DNA from: Macrostomum lignano
Lineage: Eukaryota
Direction of reading: 5' to 3'
Assembly: GCA_002269645.1 (NCBI GenBank)
Contig: NIVC01000356.1
Location: forward strand, 248,001 to 312,000
Length of the DNA: 64,000 bases
Part shown: positions 12,701 to 25,700 of the stretch, in pieces
How positions within the stretch are numbered: position 1 is the first letter of the stretch
Layout: every line of letters begins with the position of its first letter
Translations under genes and position numbers: made by a program
Notes under the pieces: model-generated
What the model was told of the DNA's origin: nothing
The model's input: only the letters and a program-made list of their open reading frames with translations
Database searches by the model: none

Positions 12701-15700
12701 GCTGTTTCATCATTCAAATGTATGTATTTGGTACGTGTAATACCCCTCAAGAAGTCAGGGAAGGGATTATTCTTGAATATTGGGTTAAAACGTACAGTTT
12801 GCTATAAACCTAGCTATAATAATTTTAACATATACAGTCGGCGAAGCGGCCCGTTGATTTCGATTGACATTTAAACTGTCCCTCCCAGACCTCTCTCTCT
12901 CTCCTTCTGCACCCACCGAGAAAAGTGACTCATGCGGCAATCAGTTTGACAGGTTTAGTATATTACTGAATTGGCAAAACAGCCAACACCCAATGGTCAT
13001 ATTAGACTCGTCTTCACAGCACAGACCCATGTAGAACAGAACCACTCGTCCCTGTCTCTCTGACCTTACCATTTCTAACTGTCAAGTAATTCCGACCCTC
13101 CCTCTCCAATTTCAGTGTACAAACGGATATTTTCACAGCACAGACTCATATATTGAGCCTCCTCCAACCAAAACCCTATCTTGATTACGTCATCCACCTC
13201 CCCCATAGAAGCAGTTAGCAAGAAACAAAATTTTTCGATGCACATATGAACACTGTGAACCATGCAAAATAGCACATCTACGGGTCGATTTTGATTGACA
13301 ATTTAATACCTTTTGTTGATGCTGCTGTGTACAGTAGTCTTATTTCCGAAGCTCCTAGCAGTCATCTTTTAGATGTGGTGAATCAGTGTTGTTTTTGCCA
13401 ACTTTACATCTTGATTCATTTTCCAAATTCTTCAACTCTGACCATATTCAATAATTTAACCTATGCAAGTAGATTTGCCAATTCGCCAAATTAGCCAATA
13501 CGAATGGGGCCAGAGGACCCACCCAAATCGAGCCCTTGTCTCTCTCAGGCCTCTCTCTCCTACACATACCCCAGAAAAGTGACTCATGAGGCAATCAGTT
13601 TAACAGGTTCAGTATACTGAATTGGCAAAACAGCAAACACCCAATGGTCAATGGACTCGTCTTCGCAGCACAGACCATTTTGAATAAAGCCAAAACACAC
13701 ATACACCCCTATTCTCTGACCAAACCTTTCCATTTCTAGTTGTCAACGAAATTCGACCGGCCTCTCTCTCAATCCCAATGTACATTTTGACGAAGCAAGC
13801 AGATCTTTTCACAGCACGGACCCAGCCTCCCCCAACCAAAGCCCTATCTCTGATTACGTCATCTATACATCCCCATAGAAGCAGTTAGCAAGAAAAAAAT
13901 TTCGATGCGCATATATGAACAATGCGAACCAAGCAAATCCGCGCGTCTACCAAAGCCAACCCTACCCTGCGTGCTGTAATTGCATTTGTCAATGTACACA
14001 CCCTATGAATCAGTGTCTCCTTCTTTGGAACACACGAAGGCATTAGTCAGAAAGTTTGGATGCAATTAAAAACTCTCTCGATACTTTGCGTATAAACGAG
14101 TAATCGATTGAATCAATTGTACACTTGACACATTTAATTACGTGCTGCCATGCAACGGAAAGAAAGGATAATGGGGTGGGTGGTCACGCAGCCTCATTCT
14201 CTCTTTCCTACTGATTTTTCATTATCTATCAATCTCAGCTCTTTCCGGGGCAACTCGCGCATGTGTGCATAGTTCCTCATCAGATTTACCACATGTTCAT
14301 TCACATGTGATGTACATATGCAAGCGGCAGCCGATTTAAACCTGAGAAATGGTTGAAGCACTCCCCCGACTATGACTAAATGCACGTACGTTCAGTCAAA
14401 TACAGGAAAATTTGACACCCGTAGTATGAAGATGTAATCTTCACGAAAGCTTCACATGTTTATCTTTCTCTGTGGAAATGACGATAGTTTCTCAATAAAA
14501 ATCTGTCATAGGCCCAATATAGCAGTTTAAATATTTTCACGAAAATGTCGCATTCTTCCAAGAACTGATTTTTGCAAACTCTACTGTCAGTAGGAAGATG
14601 AGTTTTCATAGAGACATTTTGTAAAACATAGACTAAACTTTCAAATCATTCGTTTACACGACCAACTGTCTATATTAATGGTGGGGTTATTATTACTTTA
14701 CAGAAAAACGCATGTCCTGTGTTACGACACTGCCTAGCAACCGTATAATTTTTGCAGGTCAAGGAGCATTAATACATGAACTACAAATATCTGTTTGTAC
14801 ACTGAAATTGGAGAGGGAGGGTCGGAATTACTTGACAGTTAGAAATGGTAAGGTCAGAGAGACAGGGACGAGTGGTTCTGTTCTACATGGGTCTGTGCTG
14901 TGAAGACGAGTCTAATATGACCATTGGGTGTTGGCTGTTTTGCCAATTCAGTAATATACTAAACCTGTCAAACTGATTGCCGCATGAGTCACTTTTCTCG
15001 GTGGGTGCAGAAGGAGAGAGAGAGAGGTCTGGGAGGGACAGTTTAAATGTCAATCGAAATCAACGGGCCGCTTCGCCGACTGTATATGTTAAAATTATTA
15101 TCGCTAGGTTTATAGCAAACTGTACGTTTTAACCCAATATTCAAGAATAATCCCTTCCCTGACTTCTTGAGGGGTATTACACGTACCAAATACATACATT
15201 TGAATGATGAAACAGCATTAAGTTGTAAAAATTATGGTTTCTGCTGATGAAGTGATTAATTTTGTTCAATAAAGTCTGCATTTTAACGTTAAAAAGAGTA
15301 AAAACTGTGAAAATTGACCTTTTTAAAACGAAAATGTGCAATTTCTAGTAATTTAGCTTTCAATGAAAATGTCTTGGGTGGAATTCCAACTTGGGCCGGG
15401 GTGTGCATATGGAGATCAGTGTGTGACTCATTCCTGCTCGAAAGCTGTCTCTTGCCAACTTTGAAATCAGCATTTGGACAAATTAGCGGTTGAAATTATG
15501 GCTTTTGGGATGAAACTACTAAGTTTGACCAATACATTTCGCATTTTAACGTTAGAAAATAATAAAACTGTGAAAATTGGCCTTTATTAAACGAAAGAAT
15601 GAGCAATTCTAACAATTCAGCTTTAAAAAACCCTGGCTTCAGTGGAATATTGGACTGGCTCGGGTAATCCGTGTGCGATTATAATTCCTGCTCAAAGCTG

Positions 15701-18128
15701 TCTCAGAGTTCCAGAAGTAGCATTTGTGATAATTTTGTGTTAAAATTGTGGTTTTTAGTGATGAATTACTGATTTTGATCAATAAAGTCTGCATTTTAAC
15801 GAAAAAATGCGTAAAAACTGTGAAAATTTGTGTTTTCTTATGAAAAAATGCTCATTTCTAGCAATTTAGTCTTCAACAGCCGTCCTTGGATGATTTTGGG
15901 CTAGCTTGTGTATGTTCGTGGGGGGTTCATTCCTGCTTAAAAGCTGTCTAAGGTCAAGTTGAAAGCGATATTTGGACAAATTAGTTGCTGAAAGTATGGT
16001 TTCTAGTGATGAAACTACTGATTTTGATCAATAAAGTCTGCATTTTAACGTAAAAATGCATAAAAACTGTGAAAATTTGTATTTTCTTATGAAAAAATGC
16101 GCATTTCTAGCAATTTAGGCTTCAATAGCCATGTCTTTGGATGATTTTGGGCTGGCTTGTGGATGTTTGTGTGGGGCTCATTCCTGCTTAAAAGCTGTCT
16201 AAGGTCAAGTTGAAAGCGACATTTGGACAAATTAGCTGTTGAAAGTATGGTTTCTAGTGATGAAACTACTGATTTTGATCAACAAAGTCTGCATTTTAAG
16301 GTTAAAATCGAAAAAAAACTGTGAAAAGCTGCATTTTAATGAAAAAAATGTGCATTTCTAGTCATTTAGCTTTTAAAATAACCAAATTTCTTGTCTGAAA
16401 TTCCAACTTTACTTTGTATGGAGAGGTCAGTGCATGATTCATTCCTGCTTCTAACAGATTAAACCGACCGTCTCAAAGACCAAGTCTGAAAGCTTGAAGT
16501 GAGAAGGTAGGGGAGGCGGAGAGGCAGAATTGAATAGCCTCGCGTATTTAAATTTGTGGACTTCACTACTTCTAGTAAACGCAAGGGTGACTTATACTAT
16601 TTACAAAGTTTAGATCAAGTAAATCAGAATTGCATGCGGTGGAGACACTGATTCATAGGCTGTGTACATTTACAAATGCAGCTGGGGTTTGTCAATGCAG
16701 GTAGAGGTTGGCGGACTCGGATTTGCTCGCGGGGTTGATGTGTGCATTAAAAGTTGGTTTCTTGCTATCTGGGGCGGCATGGATGACGTAATCGGAGAAG
16801 AGAGGGGTTTTGAAGTTTAATATATGGTCTGTGCTGTGGAAAGATCTGTCTGTACACTGAAAATGGAGAGAGGGTCGAAATTCCTTGGCATTTAGAAGGG
16901 GGGGCAGAGAAAACAGGGGCGAGTGTTAAAATTTAGCTCGATTTGTTATGGTGTCTGCGCTGTGTCTGGTAAACATCGGAGGGGTGGCTGTTTTCGAACA
17001 GGGTTGAATTTGACTATGATCCGAGTTAAAGGGTGGTTCAACATTCAGTATAGGGGCTTCGAGGGGTGAGGATATACCGTAAAGCAGTAGTTGATAATTA
17101 CCAATTAAAGGTCTTGTATCATCCACACTGTCAATATAGAAATATAAAGCACTGCTTCAACACAGTCCTGCATTTGGGGTCTGACTTGGGGAGAGGCTTG
17201 GATGACGCAACCTCCACCCCATCGCTTGGCGAGAGTTTGTACAGGCCCGCCTCTATATGAAAGTATGTGTATTTTATAAGTGATTTTGAATAAATTATCA
17301 GCATATTCAAACCTACATTCTCCGATGGACCGTTATGGGGTGGGCGGGCGCTACAATTCTGCGCGTACACCAATTTTGGGATGGACAGTAAATATGGACA
17401 AGTAATAATATGGACAGTTATGGGGTGGGTCGGCGCGCGTTAATTCTGCCAATTTTTGGTATATGAACAGTTAATATGGACAGTTAATTCTGCGTACACC
17501 AATGCTGCATTGTGTGGGGATGGGGGCGCGCGCGTTTCTACGTACAACAACGGTGAAGCGCTAATTATGCGTACTATATTGTACTCGTCGCTGCTGTACG
17601 ATACAGTGTACACTGGTTACATGTATAGATTTTACATGAGAGTATAAATGTCTCACATAATGACTCTGGACCAATTAGAATCGGTCTAATGTATTTAGAT
17701 AGGCGTTGAATTTGCATTGGCTCTGACACCCACCTCACCTCCAAAACCCTGCAGTTTCTGCACGATACGTAGTGCAGTTGATAGCCCTCGGCTACCAAGC
17801 TTCACTCTTGGTGGCAGTGTTTTTCGACCCGTCAACAAATCTTGAGTGTAGCCCAGAAACAATTACAGCTTCATTTCTGCATACATTTAAGATGTTCTGC
17901 ATTGAAAATATATTGAAACATATAATATAATGTAACGCTAGTTAAGAACATATTTAAATCTAAATATTTCAATGAGACGCTTTTAAAATTAAAAATAATG
18001 TGCTTTTCATTTTGAATCTGTCCAAATGCGCGTTTAATTTTTTTATTGAAATAAGCATAAACTGTAGTCGTTTTGTTAAAATTCAAGTAGAAATTTGTAA
18101 ATGTTAAAATTCCGGAAAAAATAAATTC
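9789..18128. mobile_element. Giant foldback-type palindromic element: 3.34-kb inverted arms (9789-13132 / 14785-18128) around a 1.65-kb spacer, non-coding
   Basis: Arm coordinates sum to 27917 at both ends, and the track shows mirrored ORFs (10119-10343+ / 17574-17798-). I found only two homopolymer indels and two substitutions in spot checks. A 4-bp AATT (or TA) duplication sits at the junctions. Confidence 0.85.
11468..12710. repeat. About 250-bp diverged tandem repeat (5 units) inside the left arm, mirrored at about 15205-16450
   Basis: agcaggaat anchor at about 11469, 11730, 11981, 12226 and 12479; shared blocks ttttcacagtttt and aaaatgcagactttattgatcaaaatcagtag. Confidence 0.85.
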
Positions 18129-18999
18129 ACCTATGTTTTCCATAAACATCGGCAATATAACATGAAAAACTCCCGATGTCTATCGAGCTGTAACATGTTA
18201 CCGTGTTATAGAATACGGGTTAGAATTCCGTTTTCTATGAAAGAATTTATAATGCGCAGCGAAGCTTCAAACTAAAAATCCACTACGATCCACGACCACT
18301 AGCACTAGTATTATTAGTACACTAATCCACTAAAAAGCCTCTATCCACTGTACTAAAAAGGTTATCGACTATAAATATAGATGACCCTGTCACTAGCCCC
18401 CCTAAGGCTTGGTTTTGATAAGATTTGATGTGATCCACACTATAGTATTAAATATGTGATATTTCGATAATATAAATGGCCTTAAAAGCCTGATATGCCA
18501 TTGTGTTCCTGACCTATGACTGACACTTAACAAAACAAGCATTGCTTAACATTTAAGCCAATAATGTTGCTTAGTTATCAGTGCTGCAAAATTTCAAATG
18601 CTAGATTAAAATTGAAACATAATAATATTATTGATAGGCCTACACATTATAGCCTACAATAATGTCTAGGCCTAATGACAATGTACATTTTTATACAAAA
18701 TATAAATTTTTTATTTTGTCAATTTTGTAAAGCTTTGACAACTTTAAGATTGGTCTAGGGCTAGGCTTGTCTCAATTATAATTATATATTTTAAGCAAGG
18801 GCCTAGTGATTAAAAGGCTTAAATTAAATTAGGCTAGGCCCTCACCAAAAATATAATGTAATTAGGCCTAATAGTAATCTTTTCCCATTGATTTTATTAT
18901 AATACCAGTTACTAGGCCTCCAAGTTTATCTATTGGCAATGCATATATTTATCTAGAGTAGCTCTGCCATAGATAGCCTTTTACTGGGATAAGGTCATT

Positions 19000-19450
19000 G
19001 GCCTAGATGAATGAAACTGGACATAATGTCAGAGTTGCCATTTGGAATTCCGCATTTATTCTTTACTCGGCAACCATCAACAGACAAAGCATGCACTACC
19101 TTGATATTAAGCCAACTAAGGACCTAATGACTCGTGCTGGTATTCCTTTGCTTAGCTGCACTATCCATAAACACTGTTAGATATTACTTGGCCACTGCCT
19201 AAGAAGCCTACACATGACTTCTATCATGTGTGGCTGCGGCATTTACAGCTGCGGCAAGTAAAATCCTCTGGTGCTGGCTCTCCTGCATCAGCCTACTGAG
19301 CGCTTGTGCTGTGGCCAAAGCCAAAGTGTAACACTAAATGATACATTTCTAATTGACTTGCAGGCCATTAGGCTCAGCTCCTAGTCTGCCATGACTTGCC
19401 CCTCTCAGTTGTTCTGCTAATGCGTCCACACAGTCTAACTAGATCTCTTT
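19000..19450 (+). mobile_element. Heavily mutated RTE-like LINE 3' remnant
   Basis: Translates with stops to LMTRAGIP...ILLGHCLR, resembling the post-RT LRxRRLxLAGH region also seen in the 28-kb RTE copy. Confidence 0.35.
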
Positions 19451-20619
19451 TTGTCTGTGCTACTCTCTATGTATCTACTAGTAGTGTATGTACATAGGCC
19501 TATACTATATTTTTGGCCTGAGTGGTCTTATGGTATTGTCTATCCTTATACTCCTCTAAAGAATTTTATTCTCTCAGTCCTGGGTGTTCCCAAGATCAGA
19601 AGGTCACAGCTTATTTGCTAGGTATTCTACCCTAAGGTGGGTTTCTTAGACCCTAGGATTACTCTAGGCCTACCCTATAATAGGATTTCTGCCTCCTAAA
19701 GGCAATTTCTTAGATTCTAAATCTAGATACCTTGTTTTCTAGGAATGGATTAAATTCTTCCAATCTTGGGGCTACTTCTAAATCACTAGGCTTACCTACT
19801 ACTTGAAATAAGTAGCATGAGCAGATATAAGCCCTGAGGCTGATTGAGTTCCATTTCTAACTTTTAAAGCTCAAAGGCAAGGAAAGAAAGGAATAAGACA
19901 AGGAAACTTATCACAATTTATTTGGTTTAATCTTTAGCTGTCTCCTATTTATGCTAAAATTTCCTTTGCTATTTAATTTAAAACAAAATGACAATATATA
20001 AAATATATAAAATATGCATGATATTTTTAATATTCATATATTAAAACAAATATAATTTAACAATGTGATATTTCCAGGAAAGTGATTTATCAATAAACAA
20101 AGCCTATTTTAATATAAATAAATGAAAATTTATTGCAGTTGGGCTTATATCATTGATAATTTTAAATTTATATTTTAGGCCAATTTTGTATGATTATTAA
20201 TATTATATATATTTATAAGGCCTATTATAAAAATATTCTAGCTAAGAAGCCTCTTTGGTACACAAAGGTTATAAATCTAATCTAAGTTAGGCCTAATATA
20301 ATTTAAAGCTAATTTTGATTTGTTTAATTAAACAAGTTAAGCAGCTAAAATCTATTTTTTATTTTTTCAAATTTGGTTTAATTTTAAGCCTATCAAAAGA
20401 CCTATAAGTTTTAATTCTAGCTTTATATAACACTTCTTTCTTTTTTTTATTTGATTTAAATATAACTTTAAAAAACATTAAATTATTGTTTAATTCTTTT
20501 TTATTGCCTAGGCCTATTTTTTTAATTCCTACCTTTTTCTATAAAATAACAAGTTTTGGTTTATAATACTTAAAATATTATAAGCTCGTACTGCTAGATT
20601 ATCACTAGGCACTAAGAAG

Positions 20620-21010
20620 TTCTAGAATGTGGGAAATGGGGAAGTTCCAGAATATGGAAAGTGGAGAAGTTCCAGAATGTGAGGGGTGGGGAAGTTCCAG
20701 AATGCAATGGGCGGGGAAGTTCCAGAATGTGAGGGGTGGGGAAGTTCCAGAATGCAATGGGTGGGGAAGTTCCAGAATGTGAGGGGTGGGGAAGTTCCAG
20801 AATGTGAGGGGTAGGGTAAGTTCCAGAATGTGAGGGGTGGGGAAGTTCCAGAATGTGAGGGGTGGGGAAGTTCCAGAATGTGAGGGGTGGGGAAGTTCCA
20901 GAATGTGAGGCCGTGAGGGGTGGGGAAGTTTCAGAATGCGATGGGTGGGGAAGTTCCAGAATGTGAGGGGTGGGGAAGTTCCAGAATGTGGGCAGTCGGG
21001 TAGTTTCAGA
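20620..21010. repeat. 25-bp minisatellite
   Basis: Unit gaagttccagaatgtgaggggtggg. Confidence 0.9.
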
Positions 21011-21027
21011 ACGTGGTAAGTTCCATT

Positions 21028-21123
21028 GGACGGAATAGTAGCCACGTGATTGCTCTCAGCCAATAGCGACTTACATGTGTGTGTTGCCAATAGAAACGGC
21101 GGGGTGATTTCCAAGGTTGCACA
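21028..21123. mobile_element. Half copy (loop plus one arm) of the hairpin MITE at 34601-34774
   Basis: ggacggaatagtagccacgtgattgctctcagccaatagcgacttacatg...tccaaggttgc matches the reverse complement of about 34601-34705. Confidence 0.75.
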
Positions 21124-21354
21124 TGTATGCTGTTGGTGTAGGTGAATTTCAAGAATCTGAGGGTCTAAATGCCGGGAAATCATTTTTATGCATATTTTTT
21201 CAGTAAATGTCGGACAAACAGCTCACGACCTGGAGTCTATTTTTGAGGCGCAACCACGTTCCTGGAACTCCTAGTAGTACACTATTGAATAAAGGTCAAT
21301 AATTGAGATTTGCGTAGTTTTATTGATCGTAGCAGTCCCAAATGGCAGGTTTAA

Positions 21355-21609
<255 letters not shown>

Positions 21610-22012
21610 TGAAATATTTTTAGGGAAGCATACTTTTATTTTTATCTCTTCTGCATTTTTGACATTTTAGTTACTAGTAACTGAATCATGTCATCTGGAA
21701 TGCCCTTTTAATTTAAATTGTTTTTTCAAGTCATGAAATCTAGACATGTGCATATATTTCTTTCGCAGCAATACTTCAACAAGAAAGAAAAAGTTGTGGA
21801 AAAAACCACACTATGCCTCCGTGAAGACGTACGGCTAATGCTGCGCGACAAGTTCAGTGAGTGTTTTTCGATTGTGATTGTTTTACTCAACTTAGACCTT
21901 CAGTGCACTTGTCAGTTAATATTGTCGATATTGGCTCAACATGTCCAAACATTTTTTTGAAAATCGAAGATTTCAAGTCGAGATTTGAATCTCCATTCCC
22001 AATCTTGTTTAG

Positions 22013-22144
<132 letters not shown>

Positions 22145-22295
22145 TAGAAGAGAGAGAAAATATTGAATTCGTTATGGTTTCGAGGAACAAGTAGCATACG
22201 TTTAAGATCATGTTTTCAATACTGTTTATATTGTTTTAGTGTTTTGCCTTTCCGCTTCCAAATAATCCGCTTGTATAATTAACTCCATGAATGCA

Positions 22296-22813
22296 CGGGA
22301 AGGGTAGAGGATTTCCAGAAACGTGGGGAGTTTAGGGGATTTCCAGAAACGTGGCGAGTGTAGGGGCTTTCCAGAAACGTGGGGAGTGTAGGGGATTTCC
22401 AGAAACGTGGGGAGTTTAGGGGCTTTCCAGAAACGTGGGGAGTGTAGGGGATTTCCAGAAACGTGGGGAGTTTAGGGGCTTTCCAGAAACGTGGGGAGTG
22501 TAGCGGATTTCCAGAAACGTGGCGAGTGTAGGGGCTTTCCAGAAACGTGGGGAGTTTAGGGGCTTTCCAGAAACGTGGGGAGTGTAGGGGATTTCCAGAA
22601 ACGTGGGGAGTTTAGGGGCTTTCCAGAAACGTGGGGAGTGTAGCGGATTTCCAGAAACGTGGCGAGTGTAGGGGCTTTCCAGAAACGTGGGGAGTTTAGG
22701 GGCTTTCCAGAAACGTGGGGAGTGTAGCGGATTTCCAGAAACGTGGCGAGTGTAGGGGCTTTCCAGAAACGTGGGGAGTGTAGGGGATTTCCAGAAACGT
22801 GGGGAGTGTAGGG
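22296..22813. repeat. 28-bp minisatellite
   Basis: Unit ttccagaaacgtggggagtgtaggggat. Confidence 0.9.
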
Positions 22814-24257
22814 AAATGAAACCGGGCTCTACAGCCATAAAAAAGCAGCGGCTCTCGGTCACTGGAGCGGCTGGCCAGACGGATTTCCATCAAATGTTCA
22901 CACTGTTTACTGCTTTGCATTTCCTCTTTACAATATACTAATTAGTAAACTAATGCTCAATGCTACGAGTTATCGATAAAAGTAAAGTAGTTTGATATTG
23001 GACTATAAATTATTTTCCAATATTTCTTATATCATACCAGTACGTTGCCCTAGTGTGTCTTGAAAATAATGCGCCTACTTTCTGATGTTTCCATCTTCAA
23101 ATCCTTTGCACTTATAAAAAGAAATGCATAGCCTAAAAACTAGGAACTGTTGCATTGCCAAGCAATTAAAATAACTCACTAGCACAAAAATTATATTACG
23201 AAATAAATTACTTTGTTTAGCAGCAGGAAAAATGGTGGGCATTAGCCATTCAACTCTTTGTTCCTTCTGTCTGTTTGGTTATTTTACCATGAGTCCTGGT
23301 ATTAATTGTTAGTAGTGAGAGTGCCTGTCGCAGGACATAGAATAGAAGCTGAAGAACAGAGTGGAAGATCACCGAGTATGAGCCGAATTCAACAAGTCCC
23401 GTGTAGGATATGCACCACGAGAGAGCACCACGAGGGTTGCATAGGTGTTTTTCATGCAGCCCAGGTCACGGCACTACCCCCCCCCACTGAAAGCTGTGTT
23501 GACAGCATTTTGAGGGAGCCAAGGCATAAACTATTTGCATGTACATGTATATATAGAAGAAGCTATAGCGGGCACGGAATTCATTCCCGTTCAAAATCAT
23601 TCCTGCCCGGCACCGAGTCTGGAATAACCGAGGCTTTTTTAAACTATATTTTTATAAGCTGCATGAGATTCCTGAAGTAATAAAGAGCTAGAATATGTAG
23701 AAATATACATGTAATTAAACAATCATGATCAATTTGCAATTGCAAAGAATCGTCAACGGTGATAATATTACAATGTAATGCAATGCAATGTATGAATGCA
23801 AAGATGTCTGTCGATCAGTGGTCGGGATTGCCAATCCTGGACCTCAGACGTTGAAACTTTCATGGCGGCCAGCTGCGAAATCTGGAAGATTCTTATCACG
23901 AATTATAGATGTAGTACACAAAAAGTAGAGAAAATAAAACGGCTTGTACAGTCGTCAAAAGTCGAAATCCTTAGCAAATACTAAGACTCGCGTTGATCGG
24001 GTTCGAGAAATTTCTTCGAAAGAAAAACCTGTCTGAAAAAAACATTGAAATTGAGATTGCGCTACATAGACTGCCTATAATCGATAAGGTACATGTACTT
24101 GTACACAGTGTAAGTCTGCGAGCTATATACATTAGGTACTAGCAACTCCTACGCTTGGAACAAAGACCTAGATGTACTACATCATGTACATGAATACGCA
24201 GGATACAATTCGTGGCTTTTCGGACTAGGCCTATAGAATTTACCGATTCGTAGAGGT

Positions 24258-24560
24258 GGGTTGTAGCCTAGCTATGCTAGTGGCTAGAGCAGCGTACGTT
24301 GAACTCACGACTTGAAGGTCCGGGGGTTCGATTCCCGATCCCACTGGAACAATTTGTGTCATTGAGCAAGTCACTTAACTCCACATTGCTTAAGTTCACC
24401 CAGCTGTAAAATGGGTGCCGACATTAGCTGGGATACATCATGTAATTGAGGGTAGTGTGTGGCGACCTTCCAGTCCTTGGACTGAACAGCCGTAATCAGA
24501 TGCGCTGCGCAATAGCTAGCATGATCATGCATGTCGTAGGGATACAATCCTGCGATCACA
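24258..24560 (+). mobile_element. tRNA-derived CORE-SINE (MIR-like core)
   Basis: A box tagtggctagagc (24278), B box ggttcgattcc (24325), then tgtgtcattgagcaagtcacttaac...cagctgtaaaatggg (about 24355-24416), which matches the CORE domain consensus. Ends approximate. Confidence 0.75.
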
Positions 24561-24846
24561 ATTGTCCGGGATTAAAAAATCCCGGGATAGACCATCCGGA
24601 TCCCGATCCCGCTTTGTAATAACTAGAAATTCAATCATTCATTCTCGAGTAGTAGTATCTGCAGCTTAGATACTTGTCACGTGAAAATCATAACCCAGTA
24701 GTCCTACTTTGATTTTATTAATCATTTAAACATGCAGGCTAGTGAGTAGAAGGCTAGTAGTGCTGCATGGATACAAAACAGAAAGCTGCAGTTAGCAGGT
24801 CGTAAGGGTAATTTAAGGTAATAATGCAGCTGGACTACTACTAAGG

Positions 24847-25700
24847 TTAAAACCTTAAGAAGTCGGGAAGGTCGTTTTTGACCACTTACAACTATCTATG
24901 GCCAGCGCACAAATTCTCGATCTTCCCACCGTTCCAGTCGGCTATGGGTCGAACTCGACCAATAATAGAAGTAAAGCAAACAAACCTTTCAAAGATGGCT
25001 CGTATTAACAGTAACAACAGTAACAAACCAGCAAACATAGCGGGAAAGTTTTATTCAAATTTCAAAAGCATTCAAAGCTTTCCAACACCTTAGAAGATGA
25101 TAATGGTTCTTTAATTATTGTGCCACGTGCCAAAGCAGTTCACAAGACACAGTATGGTGGGACGCCAGGACACTGCGAGCAGACGTACACTGTCTTCTTT
25201 TGACACTGTCGGCATCGACGCCTCGGTCGATTTTGCCCAACAACCTGGCCCGACTTGCTTGGAATGTGCCCGGCTGCGGCGGGTGCTCGACCGACCCGAA
25301 CCGAAACGCAACGTCTGCCTGGCCCAGATTGTTCAATCAAATTCTTGATCGCAACTTCCAGGAAGCTGAGGAAGCTCTTTGTTCCTCCAGCATTCTGATA
25401 AACGATCCAAGAATTGCGAACTAGAAGGAGGATGATGTGAAAACCGAGCTTCTGAAACCTTTCTGCGTCTTCCTGTTCGGATGGTACGGCTGGAGTCCAC
25501 TGTCCAGGCGATCTACGCCGCCCATAAAAGACGAATAGTTGGCGATGCAAACCGGCTTTTGGATCACTTATTCCAACGCCGCCTCGGCGAATTCGAGTAA
25601 CGTTGACACAGCCCGCCTGGCCCGAAGTGTCAATCACGTAGACAATCTTTGTTCCGCTCTGCTTTTTGTCAACAAACTTGCACGCAACTTGCAACTGCAT
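24847..25700 (-). mobile_element. piggyBac transposase 3' remnant (pseudogene) with probable right end
   Basis: After correcting frameshifts the sequence reads KPVCIANYSSFMGGVDRLD...KLGFH...NSWIVY, followed by the Cys-rich tail RRRCRQC..T.Y.CSQC..LC..CFGTWH and a stop at 25111. The TTAA-containing terminus near 24847 is tentative. Confidence 0.8.
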
